Shown: positions 9,917-20,392, numbered from the stretch's first letter. The stretch is DNA of 64,000 bases from an uncultured Bacteroidales bacterium (GCA_963831855.1 CAWHSA010000006.1:225843-289842); one strand, 5' to 3'. Notes: a model not told the origin generated them from the letters alone. A program made the numbers and translations.

Positions 9917-11707
9917 TCAGTTACCTTGCTTTGACAGACCCTGCAATTCGTTAATGATTTCCTCATGGACATTATAGTTCCTTGCAAGGTCTATAGTATA
10001 ATCTGCGTAAAAAGTTGTCCTGGTTTTATCACCAAGATCGTTATATGCATGTGCCAGGCTTCTTCCGGCAAATATCTTTGTTTCCGGCGAACAGGTTCTG
10101 TGAATTAATAACCTTTCAAGGAATTCCGTTCCCTCAGGGTAATCTCTCAAGGTGCTGTCAGGACACATAATAAGCAGAGATCCAAGTTTTTCAATGATAG
10201 ATGGTTCGTTCGGAAAAAATTCCAGTGCATGTCTGAAATGATCAATTGACATTTTCCATTTTTTTTGTCTCATCAGGATATCACCCAAAGATTGTGCAGC
10301 CAGTAATTCTTTCTCAGCATTATTAAAAGATTTTTCAAACAATTCCCGGGCTTTATTTATATCACCTTTTTGTTGTGCAATATAACCGGATAATAAAAGT
10401 GTTTTTGTATCTGTGGGCAATAATTTTCTCAGTTTTTCAAGGTAGTATTCAGCATCATCCTCTTTTTTCAGAAAAAGCATTATGTAAACTGCATTTGTAA
10501 GAACACCCGGGCTATTTCCATAATTAGTGAGGTATCCGTCTAATAAGGATAAGGCTTGTTGTTCATTGCCTTCATTCAGCAGGCCGAATATCAGGTTCGC
10601 CTGTACTGCGGTGTTTTCAGGCTGTAACTCCAGAGCACGGCTGTAATAAGTTCCGGATTGGGCATAAAATTTATTTTCGTACAACATATCAGCCACTTGC
10701 TTAAGCTCTGCAAAATCGTCTTTAAAACTATCCAGGTGCTTGTCCAGAAAGGAAAGGGCAGTGACGCCTGAATCTGTTTTGAGTAAAAGCTTAATTGTTT
10801 TGGATATCAGGTATTTGTTGTCAGGCAGATAGTTAAGGGCATGGTCAGCGAGTGTCAGCGCCCAGTCGTAATAATAGTTATAATCAGCCTCATCAATTTG
10901 CTTCAGGATAAACAGTTCAGACCTTGATCTGAGAGCAATCATATCAGATATCGTATCTACAGGAGCCGTGGAATATATATTATCACCTGCCTGATGGATA
11001 TATTTTAAAGCCATAACTGAGTCACCCCCTGTCTGATAAATATTACCAAGCAGGCGATAGGCTGGTCCAAAGCTGGGTGAGTTTTTTATTAATTCTCTAA
11101 GCGTTTCTTCCGCGGCATTATAGTGACTGGTTGATACCTGCAATTTTGCATACAGGTATGAAGCATAGGTGCCCAGGGGAAAATGATCAATCCTGAATAT
11201 CTTATTTGCCGGAATCCTGGTTTCTTTCATGGAACGGATCCTGTCAAGAGCATCTTCAGCTTTGTCGTTTTGTCCCAGATCCTGATATATTTCACCAAGA
11301 TAATACCATGCATGGTATGTTTCCGGATTTGTTTTCACAACGGCGTTGAAATTTGCAATAGCTTTTTCCGATTCTCCCATTTCTTTATTCAGTAGTCCAA
11401 GGTAGTAGCTCCAAATCCATTTTGAATTATTCTTTTTGGAAGCGAGACTATAACAATCAGCTGCTTTATCATAATAAGCGCTTGAATGGTAAATCATTCC
11501 AAGTATTCCAAGATTGTGAGCTGAGGGATAAAAAAGGGCCTTGCGTGAAGCAGATCTTATCTGATCCTTTAGCATATCTGTGATATTCTCAGAATCAGGC
11601 TGATCAGGAATTCTGTTCCTGTAAGGAATTCCAATAACAAGATACAACAGAATCAGAAAAAATATCACTGCTACGGAACCATACAGTATTTTATTACTTT
11701 TCTTCAA
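9917..11707 (-). CDS. Membrane-anchored tetratricopeptide-repeat (TPR) protein
   Basis: 596-aa ORF with an N-terminal TM helix (ILYGSVAVIFFLILLYLVIGI). TPR-like units recur (e.g. AWYYLGEIYQDLGQNDKAEDALDR, YSRALELQPENTAVQANL). Confidence 0.8.
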   Translation of the reverse strand: MKKSNKILYGSVAVIFFLILLYLVIGIPYRNRIPDQPDSENITDMLKDQIRSASRKALFYPSAHNLGILGMIYHSSAYYDKAADCYSLASKKNNSKWIWSYYLGLLNKEMGESEKAIANFNAVVKTNPETYHAWYYLGEIYQDLGQNDKAEDALDRIRSMKETRIPANKIFRIDHFPLGTYASYLYAKLQVSTSHYNAAEETLRELIKNSPSFGPAYRLLGNIYQTGGDSVMALKYIHQAGDNIYSTAPVDTISDMIALRSRSELFILKQIDEADYNYYYDWALTLADHALNYLPDNKYLISKTIKLLLKTDSGVTALSFLDKHLDSFKDDFAELKQVADMLYENKFYAQSGTYYSRALELQPENTAVQANLIFGLLNEGNEQQALSLLDGYLTNYGNSPGVLTNAVYIMLFLKKEDDAEYYLEKLRKLLPTDTKTLLLSGYIAQQKGDINKARELFEKSFNNAEKELLAAQSLGDILMRQKKWKMSIDHFRHALEFFPNEPSIIEKLGSLLIMCPDSTLRDYPEGTEFLERLLIHRTCSPETKIFAGRSLAHAYNDLGDKTRTTFYADYTIDLARNYNVHEEIINELQGLSKQGN

Positions 11708-11749
11708 AGATCAGGGAATATGGGGAATTAAAATATTAAAGTAATGTTA

Positions 11750-13690
11750 TCAGTTGGTGAAAAAAAAGATCATTAATACGGAGGTTAAAGTTATGAAAAT
11801 TGCGATGGGTATTGTAACAGTGAACAGCTGCTTTGGAGTAAGTTTCTCATGTTGCCATGTATTATTCAGATTTCTCAGACTCAGGATGAGCCCGGAAAGC
11901 ACCAGTAATGCCTGGAGCCAGGGCACCAGTCTGGGGACAAATTGGTGCCATGGGATATTTGCGGTTCCCAGGAAATCCCATCCCCATCCGAAAGGATCTG
12001 AGATAGACTGCCTGATAAAGGTCACATTAACAAACAGCATCGGGATAACAAATGCTATCCACAGCATAAGACCTATCGGGAGAAGACTTCCTGAAGAGGC
12101 AAGGAAAACTTCCTTAACACTATGCCTTATTCCTGATAATCTGACTGCTGAGAGCGAAAGCAAATAAATAATACCGGGAATAATGACCAGGGATAACGTC
12201 CAGATAACCAATGTATAGATACCGAACAGATCCCAGTTTTTTTTATCAAGGATATTTACAAAATCACGAATCACGGGCCAGTGACCCTCATACAATATAC
12301 AATAGATTATTGCTAGCGTAAAAACGACTATCGTCCCCCAGGCTTCACCATAATTACGGTTCCCAAGCTCTGAAGCAAAAGGTCTTCTGTACAGAGTGAC
12401 ATTATTATAAGTACAACTTTTTAAACACTCTAAACACATCCCGCAATCTGTACTCTCCTTTATTTCACCTGCATTAAGGCTGTAGGGGCATGCCCAACCT
12501 TTAATATTACCCTGCTTACAATAGACGGCTTTACAATTATCGCAAACTTGTTGTGATCTGTTGCGGAGCGCCAGCATGCTCATTCTTGAAAATGGTCCCA
12601 GGAATACACTTATAGGGCAAACGTACCGGCAAAATGCTCTTAATTCCCAGAAAATCGCCATTACAGTTGGTACAAGAATTAACAACATGACCGCAAAACC
12701 TGAAACCCTTGGATTAGCAACCATGGTTGTGGAAAAAGTGGCAAGTATCAGGAAGAAAACCATTTTGATCCAGTTGTTTTGTAATCCTGAAGGCCATTTC
12801 AGGGAAAATCCATAAAAGTGATTATTGTACCCATTGGTTTTACCAGATGACGGATTGAAGAATGATCTCCGCTGGATCAGATCACCAAAAAATGGGAGAG
12901 GGCAGATAGTACACCATATTCTGCCAAAAAAAGGAGTAAGGATAGCAACAAGCAGGAAAAGCCAGATCGCCCACATTAAAAGGACTCCCAGGTTACGCCC
13001 CGACATTAACGTTCCAAACAGTGATGTCAGGATAACAATGTATATCATTATCATGGCAACCAATGTGAGAATCATCTGTAGCCACCTGGATGTAAAATAT
13101 TTTTTGATCATACCTTCTTTGCCAAGGATATCATGATACCCGGATCTGTCATTTTCTTTTCTGATGACCTTGTTATTGAAAATGCCCTTGATCCATAGAA
13201 AGAATATACCAATAATGGAACCCAGACTGAATATTAAAAGTGTGTTTGGCATTATTACAAGCTTTCCTGATTCGAAAGCATGCATAGGACCGCACCATAC
13301 ATGACACCTGTAATTGCTTCTGGAGACCAGGTAATTCAATATTCCGGGATGTTTTGCAACAAAAACGACTTCCCGTGTCTGATAAGGGTCCCGGGTCGGA
13401 TCGCTTATCTTAAAGACATCGACCATATCACGGGTCGGACTTATCTTTGCGTCGATATCAAATTCCTCAAGGTAAAATGAATGCCCGGTATCTTCAGTGG
13501 AAAAGGTCAGATGAAGTGTATCACCCCGGTTACATCTGATGACTGACGGGTCTTTACCATAACGAAAGTTCCGGATATGGATATACCTGGCGCCAGGTTC
13601 TTTAGTAAAAAACTGGCACACCACGGCAGGAATCAGGCCGAAAATAAATATTACCAGGCAATTAATTCCTGATATATGGAATTTCTTCAC
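11750..13690 (-). CDS. Fusion protein: N-terminal COX2/CuA-like cupredoxin domain plus a NapH-type polytopic 4Fe-4S (polyferredoxin) membrane domain
   Basis: 646-aa ORF. The cupredoxin part has STEDTGHSFYLEEFDIDAK (compare the COX2 DVIHSF motif) and CHVWCGPMHAFE (C-x3-C-x3-H, with the terminal Met replaced by Glu). The membrane part has WCTICPLPFFG and FCRYVCPISVF. Two ferredoxin clusters follow: CDNCKAVYC...ACP and CGMCLECLKSC. There are many hydrophobic helices. Confidence 0.7.
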   Translation of the reverse strand: MKKFHISGINCLVIFIFGLIPAVVCQFFTKEPGARYIHIRNFRYGKDPSVIRCNRGDTLHLTFSTEDTGHSFYLEEFDIDAKISPTRDMVDVFKISDPTRDPYQTREVVFVAKHPGILNYLVSRSNYRCHVWCGPMHAFESGKLVIMPNTLLIFSLGSIIGIFFLWIKGIFNNKVIRKENDRSGYHDILGKEGMIKKYFTSRWLQMILTLVAMIMIYIVILTSLFGTLMSGRNLGVLLMWAIWLFLLVAILTPFFGRIWCTICPLPFFGDLIQRRSFFNPSSGKTNGYNNHFYGFSLKWPSGLQNNWIKMVFFLILATFSTTMVANPRVSGFAVMLLILVPTVMAIFWELRAFCRYVCPISVFLGPFSRMSMLALRNRSQQVCDNCKAVYCKQGNIKGWACPYSLNAGEIKESTDCGMCLECLKSCTYNNVTLYRRPFASELGNRNYGEAWGTIVVFTLAIIYCILYEGHWPVIRDFVNILDKKNWDLFGIYTLVIWTLSLVIIPGIIYLLSLSAVRLSGIRHSVKEVFLASSGSLLPIGLMLWIAFVIPMLFVNVTFIRQSISDPFGWGWDFLGTANIPWHQFVPRLVPWLQALLVLSGLILSLRNLNNTWQHEKLTPKQLFTVTIPIAIFITLTSVLMIFFFTN

Positions 13691-13852
13691 AGAAATGGAC
13701 TAAATCAGAATTAAATATATGAAAAAGATACGGCAAAAATATATTTTGTTAATTTTCGCTGTATTATAATAAATATAGTTACTGTTTCCCCTGAATAAGC
13801 TATATTTATTCTAAGGAATAAAATTAAAAAATTGGTTGAACCGAAAAATAAA

Positions 13853-15277
13853 ATGGCAGAAAAAAGCTCAGGATCTTCAAAACGGGGGAAAAAAGCCAGG
13901 AACTACATTCTTCTTGCAACCATACTTGTTATAATTATTGGTATCCCATTATTAATTCTGAACTATCAGGTAAAGCGAAGCGGATTAAGCCAGAAAGAAG
14001 TAATAAGCCGTTTAACCAACAGGCTGGGGCAAAAACAAGATGATTCAGGTGTTTCTAAAGAGGGTTCGACCGGCGAGAAGATCGATTTCCTTGTCCCTGC
14101 CCAAATTGGCCTGAATTTTACAGAACCACCTCTTATTTCGAATATTCAGGCTGTGGATCTTGATGATGATGGCCTTCTGGATGTTTTAGTCTGTGACGCC
14201 AAAAATAATTTTGTTTCCTGGATCAGGCAATATCCAGCCGGAACCTATACCGAAAAAGTTGTAGCCGGTAATCTAACTGCCCCTGCTCATGTTCAGGCCA
14301 TCGATTTTGACAATGACGGTGATAAGGACCTTCTTGTTGCAGTATTGGGCATGCTTTTCCCGAATAACGATAAAATAGGGTCCGTAGTGATCCTGGAGAA
14401 TAATGGAAATTTTGAATTCATTAAACATGTTATTGTTGAAAAGATTGCACGTGTCTCTGACGTAAGGGCAGGAGATCTGGATGGAGATGGTGACATGGAT
14501 CTTGCAGTTGCACAATTTGGCTATGATGATGGTGAAACACGATGGATTGAAAACCTGGGTAACTGGAAATTTAAAAGTCACATTTTACAAAACCTCTCAG
14601 GTCCCATCAATGTTGAAATAATTGATATTGATAAAGATGGCGATCTGGATATTATTTCACTTGTAAGCCAGGAATGGGAAGAAATTTACTGTTATTTAAA
14701 TGATGGGAAAGGGAACTTTCAATCCAGGCTGCTATGGGGATCAAGCAACCAGGATTTTGGTTCGAGCATGCTTTCAATCTGTGATTTTGACAAAGACGGC
14801 GACCAGGATATACTCTATACCAACGGCGATGCTTTTGATTATATTCCCCCACAGGGTCGTCCCTGGCACGGGGTAAATGTTCTTGAAAATAAGGGTAACC
14901 TGATCTTTGAATTCCGCCGACTCTGTTATTTTACAGGTGCAACTTATATGAGGCCTGCCGACATTGATAAGGATAATGATGTTGATTTTTTCGCGGTCAG
15001 TACCTGGAATTTATGGGATAAACCAGAGTCATACAGTATGATATGGCTGGAGAATATCGACAACAAACAGTTCATCAAACATGAGATCGCTAATAATCCC
15101 ACCCATCTGCTTTGCTGTGCCCCCGGTGATTTTAATAATGATGGGCTGATAGATGTTGTAACTTGTGGTATGCATACATTCCAGCCTTATGACCGGATGG
15201 GCAGAATTACTTTATGGATCAACAATGGAGCACTGTCCGTATCAGAACCTGGTCCGGTGAAGCTCATTATTAAATGA
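13853..15277 (+). CDS. FG-GAP/VCBS repeat protein, membrane-anchored
   Basis: The first ATG is at 13853; the track ORF starts at 13832 on a non-ATG codon. It has a TM helix (ILLATILVIIIGIPLLIL). Ca-binding FG-GAP-type motifs recur: DLDDDGLLDVLV, DFDNDGDKDLLV, DLDGDGDMDLAV, DIDKDGDLDII, DFDKDGDQDIL, DFNNDGLIDVV. Confidence 0.8.
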   Translation: MAEKSSGSSKRGKKARNYILLATILVIIIGIPLLILNYQVKRSGLSQKEVISRLTNRLGQKQDDSGVSKEGSTGEKIDFLVPAQIGLNFTEPPLISNIQAVDLDDDGLLDVLVCDAKNNFVSWIRQYPAGTYTEKVVAGNLTAPAHVQAIDFDNDGDKDLLVAVLGMLFPNNDKIGSVVILENNGNFEFIKHVIVEKIARVSDVRAGDLDGDGDMDLAVAQFGYDDGETRWIENLGNWKFKSHILQNLSGPINVEIIDIDKDGDLDIISLVSQEWEEIYCYLNDGKGNFQSRLLWGSSNQDFGSSMLSICDFDKDGDQDILYTNGDAFDYIPPQGRPWHGVNVLENKGNLIFEFRRLCYFTGATYMRPADIDKDNDVDFFAVSTWNLWDKPESYSMIWLENIDNKQFIKHEIANNPTHLLCCAPGDFNNDGLIDVVTCGMHTFQPYDRMGRITLWINNGALSVSEPGPVKLIIK

Positions 15278-15289
15278 GAACGCGCTAAT

Positions 15290-15472
15290 TTCACTTCTTC
15301 CTATTCCCGGGGTGACAACGAACCAAAGGAACTTACCAGGGTGATGGCCCGCTACCTGAGCTCGGAGACGGCTGGAGGATTCACCGGAGTATATGCCGGA
15401 CTTTATTCCACCGGTAACGGAACAGCCTGCACAGCAAATGCCGATTCGGAAAAAATAATTTGGGATCCGTAG
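15290..15472 (+). pseudogene. Orphan 3' remnant of a GH43/beta-xylosidase-type C-terminal (concanavalin-like) domain
   Basis: Manual translation gives FTSSYSRGDNEPKELTRVMARYLSSETAGGFTGVYAGLYSTGNGTACTANADSEKIIWDP*. The block AGGFTGVYAGLYSTGNG...A-D is the typical end of beta-xylosidase C-terminal domains. There is no start codon or upstream body, and it lies in a 200-bp gap. Confidence 0.5.
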
Positions 15473-15477
15473 ACATA

Positions 15478-16542
15478 TTAAAGTCTCACAACAGAAATCG
15501 AAAAGTCTTCGCCAACTATCAGCAGGTAATCCTCGTTGCAGATAATTGCAGTGAGATTGGTGGTTGATACCTTTGCATAAGCATTACATTTTGTGCATCC
15601 GGGGAGACTGAAGATTTCTCCATTATCACATGCAAGAATAAACTGATCCCGGTAAGGATCATAAGTTATACCATTGAGCTTACTTGTCAGATATCGGATC
15701 ATCCCCTGATCATCATAATAAAAAAGTGATCGTTCTGTCCAGACATTTCCCAGTGATGAAAACAGGGCGGAGGGTGAACCATCGTCATATGTTCCGATAA
15801 TAACTATCCGGTTTTTTGTAGTAAGGACTTTTTTGAAGAAACAGGACTTATTATATCCCGAATACTCCTTATTGTAGTTCGTAATTACCCATTCAAGACC
15901 GTCATTTGATCTTATTATTTCACCTTTGTCAGTAATTCCAATACAAAATGAGTCATTGGCTGACAATGATATAATATTACCCATGACTTCAAGATGTATA
16001 CTGTTCCAGGATCTGCCATTTTTTGAGATAAGCAGTATCCCATTGTCGGCACATGCAATAAACAATCCGTTTTTTACAGTAAGCCCATTGATATTGTTAT
16101 CAGTTCCGGATTCTTCCAGGGAAAAAGTCTGCCCGTCAGGAGAGAACAGGATTGTTCCATCATCACCGGCAACCACCAGCATCTGATCATTACTTACAAT
16201 GTGGTTAAGGTTCTTCCGGCTTGTAGTAACTACCGGGGTCCTTTCACCTGATCTGTTAATATAATCAATTCTGCCGCCTGTTCCGACTGCAATGCACTTA
16301 CCTCCATAAGATATAATATCACGATAACCCCTTATCTCTGATCCTTCGGAGATCTGCCGGTAATTATTTTCCTGAAGCGGTTCTTCTGCAGGTTTAAGAG
16401 ATAATCTTTCCCCCGGGATAAAACAGATAAACCCTCCTGTAATGAGTTGAACTATTTTAACAAGTAAGAATGACATTTTTACGATGCTTATTTTGCATTG
16501 GATTGATAAATATCTGAAAAATGAGGGGCTGTCAAAACTCAT
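15478..16542 (-). CDS. Secreted beta-propeller protein (BNR/Ycf48-like repeats)
   Basis: 354-aa ORF. Blades recur of the type AVGTGGRIDYINRSGERT, VAGDDGTILFSPDGQTFS, ACADNGILLISKNGRSWNSI, GITDKGEIIRSNDGLEWV. The likely true start is MSFLLVKIV at 16476. Confidence 0.6.
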   Translation of the reverse strand: MSFDSPSFFRYLSIQCKISIVKMSFLLVKIVQLITGGFICFIPGERLSLKPAEEPLQENNYRQISEGSEIRGYRDIISYGGKCIAVGTGGRIDYINRSGERTPVVTTSRKNLNHIVSNDQMLVVAGDDGTILFSPDGQTFSLEESGTDNNINGLTVKNGLFIACADNGILLISKNGRSWNSIHLEVMGNIISLSANDSFCIGITDKGEIIRSNDGLEWVITNYNKEYSGYNKSCFFKKVLTTKNRIVIIGTYDDGSPSALFSSLGNVWTERSLFYYDDQGMIRYLTSKLNGITYDPYRDQFILACDNGEIFSLPGCTKCNAYAKVSTTNLTAIICNEDYLLIVGEDFSISVVRL

Positions 16543-16588
16543 TTACAGGATCTTGATTTAACAGCCCCTGATAATTCATCGGAAATTG

Positions 16589-19500
16589 TTAATTGCCCGT
16601 ATTTACTATGTGGAAATAATCGAAGTTAACTTTAAATGGTTTTTCCGCATCAATTGCATCAGGACCCATCATGAGAGCAGCCATACCACTTGTGGGCGCT
16701 TTTTCTCCGTCACAGGCAAACAGACCAGCTTTTATATCTTTCAAAACCACATCTGTTGAACCAAGAAGTTCGAAATCTTTTCCTCCTGTTGCATACCAGG
16801 CTGTGTAGGTACTGCCTTTCTTATCAAGTCTGAGTACCATAGACAGGTCATCAGGAACCAATCCGCGTGTAGCTATATTGGCAGCCGAATACTGAGCGCC
16901 CTGATTTTCGACAAGGAGTTCAATATATTCACCTCCCCCCATAAATCCTTTGCTTGAGTTGATATAAACAAGCTTGACATAATTATCATCATCCTGATAC
17001 GCAATAATTCCTCCCTGCTGATCAGCTTTTAAAGGCCTTTTTGAAAATTCTATCCTTGATTCTGCGGACCAGTCAGTATTGGCACTCTGAAGAAGAATAT
17101 TTTCTGCATTATTGGCCGACCCTTTAATGTCTCCTTCCTGAGCTGTAATTGTAAGATATCGTGGCGATTCACTGAGGCTCCAGTGATCCCTGTTCTCCCT
17201 TATCCAGCTCCATTGTTTTCGAAGTGTATCTGCCATGAAATTATCGCTGTAAGAGGGCATTCCGAAATTGACTGCGTAGATACTTTTCTGACCTGAAATA
17301 TCATTGGTCAGGGTTATCAATGCAGTACCCGGTATTGAAGTTGCCTGAGCAATTTTAACAGCTGTTCCCGTAACTGCTGGCAGAGCACTGATTTTCGGTG
17401 GTCTGGCAGAGCCATTTTCAGTAAGAAAACTATAAGCATGAACATCAGGTTTAAATTTCTCTATTTTTATTCCGTTCAATTGTATTGATGAGAGGGTGAG
17501 GTCAGCCATGACCTTTAAAGGATAACCATCCGATTTTGTTAAACCTTCAATTGTCACTTCGGCTGTAATTGTTGTGACACCCGGACCAATTGCAGTTACC
17601 AGTCCTGTTTCGTTGACACCCGCTACTTCCGGATTGCTGCTCCGGTAGGTCACTTTCGAGTTTCTGATGTTATAGAAACTATCGTCTGACATAGCTGCCG
17701 TTACACGTGTCTGCACTGTATTACCTGACTTTAAGACAACTTTTCCACATTCTGCAACAACGGTTTTAACAACCGGAACAAATGTTCCGCTCATTGTCGC
17801 TTCAACAGTTCCTTTGATATCTTTTGATGACGCTCCTATTTCAAATACATATTTTCCCTGATCGAAAGTTATCCTGTTCTTTTCCCCGTCCCAAAACCAC
17901 AGATCAGAACAATCGATACCGATCGACACTTTCCTGGTTTCTCCGGCTGGTATAGTTACCCTCTGAAAACCTTTCAACCTCTTAACAGGTCTCTCGAGTG
18001 TCCCAGGACTGTCGGGTGTCCTCACATAAACCTGAACTATCTCGTCCCCATCCACACTACCGGAGTTTTTTACATCAGCACTTATCGTAATTTTATCGTT
18101 AGGAGTAATTGTGCCCTTGTTAATGCTGAAATTACTGTAATTAAAAGTGGCATAAGAGAGTCCGTAGCCAAATTCATAGGAGACATCTTTGTTGAAGTAC
18201 CAGTAAGTTCTTCCGTTCATACCTTTTCCTCCCCTTAAATTATAGTCAGTGACAGGAGGAAGATCATCTACCGATCTGTACCAGGTGGCGTTGAGTTTTC
18301 CCCCCGGATTTACATCACCAAACAGGATTTTGGCCATGGCGGTACCCTGAGCCTGTCCATTGAATCCTGTCCATATAATGCCGGCCACATTGGGATTATT
18401 CTTAAATTGTTCAACCTCCACCATTCCAAGCGACTGCATCACTACAACCGTATTGGGATTCACTGCTGCAACAGCATTGATAAGTTCATACTGGTTGCCG
18501 GGTAAAATAAGGGTCAGTCTGTCCGCTTCTTCATTGGCTGTCCGGTCATCTGTCCCGACAAACAAAATAACAACATCCGATGATCCGGCGAGATCCAGAG
18601 TTTCTTTATCTATTGGCGGCTTTTCGGGAGCACGGTAAACAAGATATAAGGTCTGGTTTCCTGAAATGCCCGCCTGGTTTACTTTGGCATTAACAGTACC
18701 GGGCATAAATGCACTGTACATTCCCTGATTTCCCCTGGCATCGAAGGAAGCCAGCAAGATTCCTGTTGGCGAACCTGTCCGAACCTCGACTGAACCTCCG
18801 TCTCCGGGAATTGAAAGATTAAGGTTAATACTTTCTATGCCACTGACATTTATATTTTTATACGAAGTCCAGCTTCCGTCACCGATACTTTTAACCGATT
18901 TCTGAGGTAATAACCCGGAGCCACAGACAATCCCTTTAGATGATGCCGTAAATTGAGTGGCATCCATTCGGGCAGAAGATCCGTCTTTCTTTACCATTTC
19001 GAACCAGAAGATGTTAAACAGATTACTGTTGCTTACCGTGTTTGCACCTGCCTTATAAACAACTTCGGCCGTTGATCCAACGGAAGAAAGAAGACTTTTT
19101 ATCCCTGATAAAGGAGATATTTTATTTTTATCAAGAGGCATGCCGGAGTATGGTCCAAGTTCAACTTTATCAGCCTGTGGTCCTATTAATGCAATTTTCT
19201 TAATCGCGGATGTATTCAGGGGAAGTATTCTCTTATCAGAATTCTTAATCATATTATTCTTCAACAATACCGGGGTTTTGGTAGCCACTTCGACAGCAAA
19301 TGCAACGTGTTCAGGAGAATTCACAACATTTGTGTCAATCGCAGAATAGGGCGTCTTTGAAGGAGGATCGAATTCTCCTATTCTCATACGGACGGTGAAT
19401 AAATTCACGAGAGCACGGTCAATATCATCTTCAGTTATCAATCCCTGATTCAATGCATCAATGGCGCTTGTCTGGTAAACACTGCCGCAATCGGTATCGA

Positions 19501-20392
19501 CACCTGATTTCAATCCCAGGGCTGTTGCCTCAGCATTTGTTTTGGCAAAGAAATGACCGGTTACGATATCCTGAATTGCACCGCAGTCGCCTGTTATATA
19601 CCCTTTTAATCCATAGGTCCTCCGTGCAATTGTATCTACAAGATATCTGCTGGCTGACACGGGAACACCATTTACAGCATTATAACAGGTCATGATGCTG
19701 GGCAGATTATCAACCTCAATGAGTTTTCTGTACTGGGAGAGATAATACTCTCTCATATCCCTGGCATCCATATCGGAACTACTGACATGCCGGTTAAACT
19801 CGGTATTGTTTGCGAAGTAATGCTTACCGCAGGGAACAGCTTTGAGATAAACAGAATCATTGCCCATCATACCACGGACAAAACCACCGCCTATCCGGGA
19901 GATAAGGAACGGATCTTCACCGAATGATTCCCCTGTCCTTCCCCATCTCGGGTCCCTGACAGGTTCTATCACGGGTGACCAGAAAGTCAGATTGGCTATT
20001 ACGGGATTATTAAATCCACGGGCTTCATCGGAAATGATTGAAGCCTCACGCTCCATGAGTTCCGGATCCCAGGAAGATCCGAGAGAGGCACTGCCTGGGA
20101 AAGAAGTCGCCGGGCCGGCATATGGATTGAACATTGGTACAACACCGTGAAGAGCTTCACCCCAAACGAAGTAAGTATTAACTCCGAGCCGGGGAACTGC
20201 CGCCATTGTATTACCAAGAAGGCTCTGCTTCTCTTCGATTGTGAATCTTGATACAAGGTCGGCTGCTCTTTCTTCAAAAGAGAAGCTGGTATTAAGATAA
20301 ACAGGTTTTTTAGTATCAGACTTACATCCGGTAATAAATGCAATTACCGTCAAAAATAAAAGAAAAACGGACGTTAAGATTCCTTTTTTCAT
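16589..20392 (-). CDS. Multidomain glycoside hydrolase family 3 lipoprotein. Domains: GH3 N/C, an inserted CBM6-like module, Fn3-like, Big_2, and a C-terminal concanavalin-like domain.
   Basis: The start is taken at MKKGILTSVFLLFLTVIAFITGC (lipobox) inside track ORF 16589..20425. GH3 motifs are WGEALHGV, GRTGESFGEDP and KGYITGDCGAI. The Fn3-like stretch is VQVYVRTPDSPGTLERPVKRLKGFQRV. The Big_2-like stretch is SNPEVAGVNETGLVTAIGPGVTTITA. Confidence 0.9.
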   Translation of the reverse strand: MKKGILTSVFLLFLTVIAFITGCKSDTKKPVYLNTSFSFEERAADLVSRFTIEEKQSLLGNTMAAVPRLGVNTYFVWGEALHGVVPMFNPYAGPATSFPGSASLGSSWDPELMEREASIISDEARGFNNPVIANLTFWSPVIEPVRDPRWGRTGESFGEDPFLISRIGGGFVRGMMGNDSVYLKAVPCGKHYFANNTEFNRHVSSSDMDARDMREYYLSQYRKLIEVDNLPSIMTCYNAVNGVPVSASRYLVDTIARRTYGLKGYITGDCGAIQDIVTGHFFAKTNAEATALGLKSGVDTDCGSVYQTSAIDALNQGLITEDDIDRALVNLFTVRMRIGEFDPPSKTPYSAIDTNVVNSPEHVAFAVEVATKTPVLLKNNMIKNSDKRILPLNTSAIKKIALIGPQADKVELGPYSGMPLDKNKISPLSGIKSLLSSVGSTAEVVYKAGANTVSNSNLFNIFWFEMVKKDGSSARMDATQFTASSKGIVCGSGLLPQKSVKSIGDGSWTSYKNINVSGIESINLNLSIPGDGGSVEVRTGSPTGILLASFDARGNQGMYSAFMPGTVNAKVNQAGISGNQTLYLVYRAPEKPPIDKETLDLAGSSDVVILFVGTDDRTANEEADRLTLILPGNQYELINAVAAVNPNTVVVMQSLGMVEVEQFKNNPNVAGIIWTGFNGQAQGTAMAKILFGDVNPGGKLNATWYRSVDDLPPVTDYNLRGGKGMNGRTYWYFNKDVSYEFGYGLSYATFNYSNFSINKGTITPNDKITISADVKNSGSVDGDEIVQVYVRTPDSPGTLERPVKRLKGFQRVTIPAGETRKVSIGIDCSDLWFWDGEKNRITFDQGKYVFEIGASSKDIKGTVEATMSGTFVPVVKTVVAECGKVVLKSGNTVQTRVTAAMSDDSFYNIRNSKVTYRSSNPEVAGVNETGLVTAIGPGVTTITAEVTIEGLTKSDGYPLKVMADLTLSSIQLNGIKIEKFKPDVHAYSFLTENGSARPPKISALPAVTGTAVKIAQATSIPGTALITLTNDISGQKSIYAVNFGMPSYSDNFMADTLRKQWSWIRENRDHWSLSESPRYLTITAQEGDIKGSANNAENILLQSANTDWSAESRIEFSKRPLKADQQGGIIAYQDDDNYVKLVYINSSKGFMGGGEYIELLVENQGAQYSAANIATRGLVPDDLSMVLRLDKKGSTYTAWYATGGKDFELLGSTDVVLKDIKAGLFACDGEKAPTSGMAALMMGPDAIDAEKPFKVNFDYFHIVNTGN

